This document shows, piece by piece, positions 57,717 to 64,000 of a DNA stretch of 64,000 nucleotides. A program made the translations under genes and the position numbers. The stretch is from a candidate division Zixibacteria bacterium RBG_16_53_22. GTDB taxonomy: Bacteria > Zixibacteria > MSB-5A5 > UBA10806. How positions within the stretch are numbered: position 1 is the stretch's first letter; every line of letters begins with the position of its first letter. The stretch spans positions 74,921-138,920 of the forward strand of contig MEWP01000130.1 in assembly GCA_001775395.1 (NCBI GenBank), given 5' to 3'. Under the pieces are notes generated by a model. The model worked only from the letters and a program-made list of their open reading frames with translations. It was not told where the DNA came from and did not search any database.

Positions 57717-58760
57717 CGGCCAGCCTCCTCTTCGAGTATATAAAACGGTCCCGGAATCACCCACCGCGTAGGCAATGCCGGGGCTGAGCATTTTCACGCG
57801 ACGCAGGGTCACGGTGGTGCCGCTCTCCTGCAAAGTCCAGTTCTCTCCCCCGTTGGTCGTGGCCACTATGGTCCCGTTCTGCCCCACTGCCAGGCCTGTC
57901 ATGTTATCGAAAAACGAAACCCCACAGAGCGCATCGCCAGTATTGCTTCTCTGATTCTCCCAGGTTTCGCCCGTGTCGGTCGACCTGTATATCATCCCGA
58001 AATCGCCGACCACGTAAACCATGTCAATCGAGGGGCAATCAACGCCATATAGCGAGTGATCGTCAACCCAATAGACTGTCGGCCACGAATATGCGCCATC
58101 CGTAGTGCGAGCGATGGCGCCGTCCCCGTCCAGGATACCGGCCGCGATGAATCCTGTGTACGAATCGGCAAATGCCATATCATTCGGAAAGCCCGGATCA
58201 TCGTGTCCGTCAGCCTCATGGCGGTAGTCGAAAAGCGATGCCTGCGCATATTCCCAACCCCAATAAGTGGTCAAGACCCTTGACATGGTATGGATAGTGT
58301 TGCCTGACATAAATCCATCGGTTGCGTTGTACATTCTTATTCTTGTGGCGCTCGTCATCGTGTCCACTCTGATAAGCGTCCAGGTCGTTCCGCCGTCGTA
58401 AGTTCGTATTGTCGCTGGAAATGCGTCAATGTAGCTGTTACCGATCGCAAAAGAAGTGTCGGGATTGACCATGCTGATATCCTTCAAACAGAGTGACGGC
58501 GAGTTGGCCTGCATCGTCCACGTTCGGCCGGAATCAGTGGTGTGGAGAATGATATTCGAATCTCCGACCACAAAACCGCTCGAAAACTCGCAAAAATCCA
58601 ATGACAGCAGATTTTGAGTTGTGCCGCTTGTCTGCCTGTGCCATCCGCTCTGGGCATACGACATCAAGAAAGGAATGATAGCGATAATGATCATCAGCGA
58701 CGCCGTCCTGCGGATCTGATTAATGGAAATTATCTTGGAAAAGCTCGTCGGAGTTTTCAT
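57441..58760 (-). CDS. Secreted BNR/Asp-box beta-propeller (Ycf48-like) protein with conserved Cys-rich dockerin-like C-terminal module
   Basis: Signal peptide; Asp-box repeats 'TTDSGRTWT','TYDGGTTWT','STDTGETWE','TTNGGENWT'; C-terminus 'GCDYIVGDINDDGRANGLDVTYGVAYFKG...VDCVPPC...GDVNGDCRFNGVDITYYVAYLK...RWCEDCPP'. Confidence 0.8.
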   Translation of the reverse strand: MKTPTSFSKIISINQIRRTASLMIIIAIIPFLMSYAQSGWHRQTSGTTQNLLSLDFCEFSSGFVVGDSNIILHTTDSGRTWTMQANSPSLCLKDISMVNPDTSFAIGNSYIDAFPATIRTYDGGTTWTLIRVDTMTSATRIRMYNATDGFMSGNTIHTMSRVLTTYWGWEYAQASLFDYRHEADGHDDPGFPNDMAFADSYTGFIAAGILDGDGAIARTTDGAYSWPTVYWVDDHSLYGVDCPSIDMVYVVGDFGMIYRSTDTGETWENQRSNTGDALCGVSFFDNMTGLAVGQNGTIVATTNGGENWTLQESGTTVTLRRVKMLSPGIAYAVGDSGTVLYTRRGGWPPAGCDYIVGDINDDGRANGLDVTYGVAYFKGANQPLVDCVPPCTWVTDPFFAAGDVNGDCRFNGVDITYYVAYLKQVQPALRWCEDCPPIQ

Positions 58761-58970
58761 AACTGACTCCTCTTCAAATGATTTTTGGACTGCATTTTAA
58801 GGTTGGTGTTTTCATCTTGACTTTCGCCAGCGGCCCCCTCCATATAAGTGCCCCTGGCTTGGCGCCCCCTTCGATTGGTTCATGACGATTCCTCTCCGGC
58901 TGTCCGTCGTCGAAAATCGCCGTGATTTTAGATTGCGATGATGAGCTCGCGACGCGCAAACTCATAAGTC

Positions 58971-59250
58971 TCATCTAACCCCGGTTGGCGGACAGTCGGC
59001 ACACCACCGTAGCCTCGGCTGCAGCCCCTTGAGGTAGGCCACGTAGCAAGTGAGATCGATCCCATTGAACCGGCAGCCGCCATTTACATCACCGGGCGCA
59101 TAAAACGGCGAGAGCTGTGGGCAGGGGCCGTCAGGCGCGCCGCAGTCGACAGCGGGAACAGCGCCCCCCTTGAAAAAAGAAATCCCATATAAAATATCGA
59201 TCCCGTTGGAGCTCCCGTCGCCATTGATATCGCCCACCGTATATTCACAG
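58971..59250 (-). repeat. Copy 2 of conserved 3'-terminal gene segment (coordinates approximate)
   Basis: As above. Confidence 0.7.
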
Positions 59251-60266
59251 CCCAGGGGAGGCCGGCCACCTGTATTGGTATAGAGGATTGTCCCGGAATC
59301 GCCTACTACATAAGCCACATCGGGGCTTAACATCTGCACCCTTCTCAACGATCGGGACGCCCCACTCTCTTGCCTCGACCAGTTTAATCCGGCGTCGGTG
59401 GTGCTAATTATGGTCCCGGCCTCCCCCACCGCTAATCCGACCAAATTATTTGCAAATGAGATCGCATAAAGGGTATCATCGATGCCGCTCCATAGACTTT
59501 CCCAGCTTTCACCCTGGTCAGTCGACCGATAAATCGCTCCAGACATCCCTGCGACGAAAATGGTATCATGTGACGGGCAATCGACAGCAAAGAGCAGGAC
59601 GTCGTCACACCAGAAATTGGTCGACCATGTGATCCCGCCATCGTCGCAACGACCGACAGCTCCGTCGCCATCCCATATGCCCGCCGCAATAAACCCGAGC
59701 ATGCTGTCGGAGAATGCCCTGTCAAATGATATGCTTTCGTCATAATGCCCTTCGGGATCAAGGAACTCGAAATTTGTGACCTCTAAAGTACCCCAGCCAT
59801 CGCAGGTCCTCAAGACACGGGTACCAAAAAAACCCGAGTTACCTGAAATAAATCCCTTCATCGCGCTGCACATTCTTATTCGAGTGAAACTCGCCATCAT
59901 TTCCTGATAAATAACAGCCCAGGCGTTTCCACCATCGTTGGTCCTGATAATCGTGGCATAAAACGGGTCGACACTCATCATTCCTATGGCAAACAGAGTG
60001 TCCGGACCCGCCGAGCAGATATCCTTGAGAGATAGGAAAGGAACGGTGGTCTGCGCCACCCAGGTTTCGCCCGAGTCGGTGGTATGGAGGATGATATTTG
60101 AATCCCCGACCACAGTTCCGGTCGTCAGCTCTGTGAATTTCAACGAATTTAATGTATGCGAGGTACCGCTGACCTGGCGATGCCAACCCTGCTGGGCAAG
60201 CGGGGCCGCCGTGGGAATGAAAATAATCATACCCGCTGACAAGATGGCGCCTATGAGAATATTCAT
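58971..60266 (-). CDS. Paralogous secreted BNR/Ycf48-like beta-propeller protein with the same Cys-rich dockerin-like C-terminal module
   Basis: Signal peptide; 'TTDSGETWV','TNDGGNAWA','STDQGESWE','TTDAGLNWS'; C-terminus 'GCEYTVGDINGDGSSNGIDILYGISFFKG...VDC...GDVNGGCRFNGIDLTCYVAYLK...RWCADCPP'. Confidence 0.8.
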   Translation of the reverse strand: MNILIGAILSAGMIIFIPTAAPLAQQGWHRQVSGTSHTLNSLKFTELTTGTVVGDSNIILHTTDSGETWVAQTTVPFLSLKDICSAGPDTLFAIGMMSVDPFYATIIRTNDGGNAWAVIYQEMMASFTRIRMCSAMKGFISGNSGFFGTRVLRTCDGWGTLEVTNFEFLDPEGHYDESISFDRAFSDSMLGFIAAGIWDGDGAVGRCDDGGITWSTNFWCDDVLLFAVDCPSHDTIFVAGMSGAIYRSTDQGESWESLWSGIDDTLYAISFANNLVGLAVGEAGTIISTTDAGLNWSRQESGASRSLRRVQMLSPDVAYVVGDSGTILYTNTGGRPPLGCEYTVGDINGDGSSNGIDILYGISFFKGGAVPAVDCGAPDGPCPQLSPFYAPGDVNGGCRFNGIDLTCYVAYLKGLQPRLRWCADCPPTGVR

Positions 60267-60745
60267 GCGTCCCCAATGTTCATCAGCCGCCGAGAAATTC
60301 GTATGATATTCCCCCCCCGAATCTCCTCCACAGGTATTTCCGCCTTTCCATCGTGATCTTCCACCTCTTAATTGCCTTGGCCGAGGATTATCTCAGGCTG
60401 CTCGACAACGACCCTATCATCATAGCTTGCGAAATCCACCTAAAGATGCTCCCCGGTGCTTTATGCATCGTGCCGTTGAATCGTCGCTCACTTGATAATT
60501 TCTGCCTCATCGAGCAGCCTTTTCACCTGATTTCCTTGTTGTCAATTCGTTTACATCGCTCGTTCTATTGCCTGTCGATTATGTTTCGTACTCTACGTCA
60601 ATATCGCCTCCTTTGGTGTACCCGTCGGATGATATCAGCAACCTTGAATAACCCTCTCCTTCAGATACATGCCATTTTCCTGCCCCGGCCTTGCTGTCAA
60701 GACCGGGGCTGCCAACCAATCAAAAGGAGACTCGCATGCGCGAAG

Positions 60746-63700
60746 TCATTTTGAATCAAGGCCCCCTCGCCTTTCAAGCTGGCGAGGCTCCGGCCTCACT
60801 TTGGTAATTTCGTCGGTCCTGATTCTCTCGAAAGCCCCCGCTGGTGGGCAGTCCTCACACCACCGAAGCATCGGCTGCAGGCTCTTGAGATAGGCTACGT
60901 AGTAAGTGATATCTATCCCGTTGAATCGGCAGTCGCCATTGACATCGCCGGCCCCATAGAAAGGATCCGGGACCCCTATACATGGCGGAACGCAGTCGAC
61001 CGGCGGCAGATTGCCGCCCTTGAAGTAGGCCACCCCGAACGTAACATCGATGCCATTGGCATGCCCCTCTCCGTTGATATCCCCCGGGACATATATACAG
61101 CCTGTTGCCACTTCAAATTCGACCGGAACCGTGAATTCCGGAGTATTATGGTCGTTTGAATAGATGCGCAAATTCCCAAAATACGATCCTTCAGGCAAAT
61201 CGGCCGCGTCCATATGAACGGTTATGGGCAATGGAGGATCGTCGCCGGCGAGTTCCCCTTCATTTATGTCAATGGATAGCCATGGCGCCTGAGTATCGAT
61301 CCGGAGACAATACCTCTTCGGGCATGGAGAGCCGCTCCAGAATATGGGCCTGACCAAAAGCCAGTAGCTGCCAGGCCGGAGAATAAGGCCGATTCTGGCC
61401 GTATCGCAGGCCTCGGCGCTGGCCGAGCCGATAATTTGATAATCTTGACAGTTTCCCGACCCAACATCGAATAGAGTCATCATTGCAGGAAGGTCCGCCA
61501 CCAACTTGCAGTTTATATTCGAAAAGGAAGTCAGTGTAAAATTATACCAGTCATTATCCACCCAGGCATCATCGAACGTTCCCGTCCGGCCGCTGAGCCA
61601 TCGCCCAAGTTCGATATCGGAAAAAACAGGTGGAATCGCGTAACAACCAGCGTTGAAGTGAGCGATGTATCCCGGGCCGCAATCCGGTTCTCCCTCTATA
61701 GCGGAATTAGGAGGAATCTCCACCGTGCAGAGTGACGAATGTATTATGTTGAGTGAGTAGTCGCCCGCGGCATCGTCAAAGCCATCCACAACGATGTAAT
61801 AGGTATTGCCCGGTCTGACGATAAGGTCGTTGATTTCGGATAACGAATTGCCGCATCCGTCGTCATCGCACGCCACCGGATTGGACACGACATTTTCGAA
61901 AACATATATGCGCGAATCCCATTCATACGGAGTCGAACAGAGACCAACGCTCAAAGTTTCTTCCCGAGAAGGGCTGTACGCATAGACGACATCGGGCGCG
62001 CCATTATCAATCCCGCAGGATCCCTGATAGTCATCGAGATATGCAACCGTAGTCCCCTCGTCGGAATAAGGAATAGAGGCTATCGGCGTCGCAGTGGAGA
62101 TATCATCTCCGCCCTGCATGAGCTTGGAGGCTCCGGCTTGATTCCCGGCCGTGACTGCGGCCTTTCCATTCTTGCCTTTTGCGGGCCGCGTGGAGACTGA
62201 CGATATCGGCAACTGCGTTTGATCGACAACGATCCGAAAATCCAAAATTCCTCCGCCGGTATTGTCGATAGCAAGGATTTCATCATCGTATCCTCCCGGG
62301 CGCGCCGACCCGTTTATTGCTGAAGGTGTAACGGCCAGACTTGGAGTGCCAATCTGACAGTCGACAAACGCCACATAACTCCTGGGGCAGGGCCAGGCGG
62401 CGCAGGAGGTGGGAGAAATCCAGAGCCAATAAACTCCTGCCTCCACTTCGGCGGAGACTTCCGCCGTATCGCATGGTAGATTATTCGCCATGCTTATTAC
62501 TTCGAAATCAGAGCAGTCTTCGGAACCGGCGTCGATAAGGCATATCGATACGGGGAAACCGGCAACCGCCTTCCAATTGATGAGCCCCTGGCTCGCTATC
62601 TGAATCCTATACCAATCGGTGTCACGGAGGTAATTGCCGGCCGACTCATAGGTGCCGCTTTCTCCGTATACGATATCGCCGGGGTCAATCGACTGAAAAA
62701 TAGCCGGCTCGGAATTGCAGCCGCCGTTATAAATGTCGATATAATCGGGCCCGCAATTTTCCTCGCCCTCGTTAATCGCCGAGGGCGGGGCAACTACTTC
62801 GCACGCCGGGGCGTCATAAATATCCAGCCGATATTCCCCGCACGCGCCCATAAATCCGTCGACAACGATATAGTAAACGCCGGGATCGAGAATTCCCCTG
62901 ACCTCCGACTGGCTTCCGCACCCTTCATCGTCATATAGAAATTCCGTCGAGGGGCCGGAACAGCAGATTTCCCGATACACCGCCAGTTTGGTGTCGTAGC
63001 TGGAGGCGCAAAGCGACATCACCAGACTCTTCTGCTGCGATATATTCAATTGATAAATAATATCCCGGCTGTCGGGAGCCTCCAGGGCGCACTGGTCCGT
63101 GAATTGACAGGAATTTCCCGAATCGCTGAATGGTATCTGATCGATAGGAAATGGATCATCGCACCAGTCGCCCGGCCGCAGGGGAGACGCTGCTTGTATG
63201 ATCAGATTGAATTCCGATATGCAATAAGGTTCGGGCCAGCTGTCTATCATGATGTAGTAGGTCCCCGCCTGGAGCAAAAGCGATTCGAAACCATAAGGGT
63301 CGCCACTCCCATCACCGGCCTCGGCTATGCAAGACGAAAGACTGGGGGGGAAAGAATTATCGATTAACATGCCTGTCCACTGGGTTCCCAGCGGATCTAT
63401 GCTGATGTCAAGCAACACCTGGCTGGCGACATCAAGTTCATAGACGATCTCCTCTCCTTCGTCATATCCGCCAAGGCAGGTGCGATGCAGGTCGTTTCCC
63501 TTTCCGCACGTGGTCTGGAAACTGTCCGCATAAGGCAATTGATCCGGCAGGTCAATTTGAATGTCGGGGGTGAGCGAGAATGGCGCCGTCCCGATGCTGG
63601 CGACGTAGTCACGCGGGCACGCCCAGCCGGAGAACTCCCACGGCCCGATCCAGAGCCAATAGACGCCCGGCTCGACCAGCGCCGTCACCGATATCGAATC

Positions 63701-64000
63701 GCACGACACGGAACTTCTCATTTCGAGTTCTTGCCAATCCTGGCAATCTTCGGAACCCGCGTCCATTATGCATATCAGCGGGTGGAAATCGGCGATCACA
63801 CTCCAGGTCAATAAGCTTCTGCTGTCGATTTGAATTCTATACCAGTCGGTATCCCTGTATTCTTCGCCGTTAAAAATATAGGTTCCGCTCGTTCCGAATA
63901 TGATATCTCCGCTGTTTACATCCTGGAAAACAGGGGGAACGGAATAACAGCCGCCATTATGAGTGTCGATATATTCCAGTCCGCAATCAGGCTCGCCCTC
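60746..64000 (-). CDS. Giant secreted protein (over 1084 aa, N-terminus beyond window edge) built of repeated PPC (pre-peptidase C-terminal)-like Cys-containing modules, ending in the same Cys-rich dockerin-like module
   Basis: Reading frame open to 64000 (track start 63811 is an internal TTG); repeats 'RDTDWYRIQIASQGLINWKAVAGFPVSICLIDAGSEDCSDFE...GVYWLWISP...PCPRSY' (at least 3 copies, DxDWY PPC-like motif); C-terminus 'GDINGEGHANGIDVTFGVAYFKGG...VDCVPPC...GDVNGDCRFNGIDITYYVAYLK...RWCEDCPP'. Confidence 0.75.
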   Translation of the reverse strand, partial: EGEPDCGLEYIDTHNGGCYSVPPVFQDVNSGDIIFGTSGTYIFNGEEYRDTDWYRIQIDSRSLLTWSVIADFHPLICIMDAGSEDCQDWQELEMRSSVSCDSISVTALVEPGVYWLWIGPWEFSGWACPRDYVASIGTAPFSLTPDIQIDLPDQLPYADSFQTTCGKGNDLHRTCLGGYDEGEEIVYELDVASQVLLDISIDPLGTQWTGMLIDNSFPPSLSSCIAEAGDGSGDPYGFESLLLQAGTYYIMIDSWPEPYCISEFNLIIQAASPLRPGDWCDDPFPIDQIPFSDSGNSCQFTDQCALEAPDSRDIIYQLNISQQKSLVMSLCASSYDTKLAVYREICCSGPSTEFLYDDEGCGSQSEVRGILDPGVYYIVVDGFMGACGEYRLDIYDAPACEVVAPPSAINEGEENCGPDYIDIYNGGCNSEPAIFQSIDPGDIVYGESGTYESAGNYLRDTDWYRIQIASQGLINWKAVAGFPVSICLIDAGSEDCSDFEVISMANNLPCDTAEVSAEVEAGVYWLWISPTSCAAWPCPRSYVAFVDCQIGTPSLAVTPSAINGSARPGGYDDEILAIDNTGGGILDFRIVVDQTQLPISSVSTRPAKGKNGKAAVTAGNQAGASKLMQGGDDISTATPIASIPYSDEGTTVAYLDDYQGSCGIDNGAPDVVYAYSPSREETLSVGLCSTPYEWDSRIYVFENVVSNPVACDDDGCGNSLSEINDLIVRPGNTYYIVVDGFDDAAGDYSLNIIHSSLCTVEIPPNSAIEGEPDCGPGYIAHFNAGCYAIPPVFSDIELGRWLSGRTGTFDDAWVDNDWYNFTLTSFSNINCKLVADLPAMMTLFDVGSGNCQDYQIIGSASAEACDTARIGLILRPGSYWLLVRPIFWSGSPCPKRYCLRIDTQAPWLSIDINEGELAGDDPPLPITVHMDAADLPEGSYFGNLRIYSNDHNTPEFTVPVEFEVATGCIYVPGDINGEGHANGIDVTFGVAYFKGGNLPPVDCVPPCIGVPDPFYGAGDVNGDCRFNGIDITYYVAYLKSLQPMLRWCEDCPPAGAFERIRTDEITKVRPEPRQLERRGGLDSK
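60840..61110 (-). repeat. Copy 3 of conserved gene segment (followed by a 31-aa unique tail in this gene; coordinates approximate)
   Basis: As above. Confidence 0.7.

Noticed and set aside
60353-60754. 133-aa plus-strand ORF in the intergenic spacer between two minus-strand dockerin-tag genes
   Set aside because: Low-complexity, no SD, lies in a probable promoter/5'UTR region of gene 58971-60266; likely non-coding.

Overview
This 64 kb window looks like a chromosomal segment from a Gram-negative bacterium of the FCB superphylum (Bacteroidetes/Chlorobi/Ignavibacteria/Zixibacteria-like), about 55-58% GC, with very compact operons. Phylum placement is inference from gene content only. Coordinates taken from the ORF track are exact; start codons and sites I re-derived by hand are approximate.

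Gene content, left to right:
- 1-2191: dnaG C-terminus (apparently frameshifted) followed by rpoD.
- 2375-5101: a TenA-family protein, a DUF554 membrane protein and a class II aldolase-family protein.
- 5309-23094: a type IX secretion (T9SS)-associated surface/proteolysis cluster.
  - A C25 gingipain-like protease and an M6 (InhA-like) metalloprotease with FG-GAP repeats, both carrying T9SS C-terminal sorting domains.
  - Between them, an unusual PorV/PorQ-like outer-membrane barrel with an inserted beta-propeller-like domain.
  - Two paralogous small outer-membrane-like proteins, an NHL-repeat lipoprotein, and a large outer-membrane protein translationally coupled to an Omp85 (TamA-like) protein.
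- 23133-23975: a UbiA-family prenyltransferase.
- 24286-33585: a complete Bat aerotolerance operon (moxR, DUF58, DUF4381-like, batA to batE) plus a coupled flippase-like membrane gene.
- 33708-35004: endonuclease III and a cysteine-less peroxiredoxin-like protein.
- 35072-44300: the most striking feature of the window. A TolC/MFP/RND efflux operon is fused by overlapping stop/start codons to a complete bacillithiol biosynthesis operon (bshC-bshA-bshB).
- 44406-53558 (minus strand): pyrR-pyrB-pyrC; an iron module (fur, feoB, a FeoC-like small Cys protein, a DtxR-family repressor with FeoA-like domain); guaB; a COG1579 zinc-ribbon protein; and tRNA-Val and tRNA-Met.
- 53560-64000: an accessory-looking region with long intergenic spacers. 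It has hypothetical genes, bioY, and three adjacent secreted proteins that share a roughly 90-aa cysteine-rich dockerin-like C-terminal module. Two are BNR/Ycf48-like propellers; the third is a giant multi-PPC-domain protein running off the window edge.

No CRISPR array, transposase or integrase was seen.
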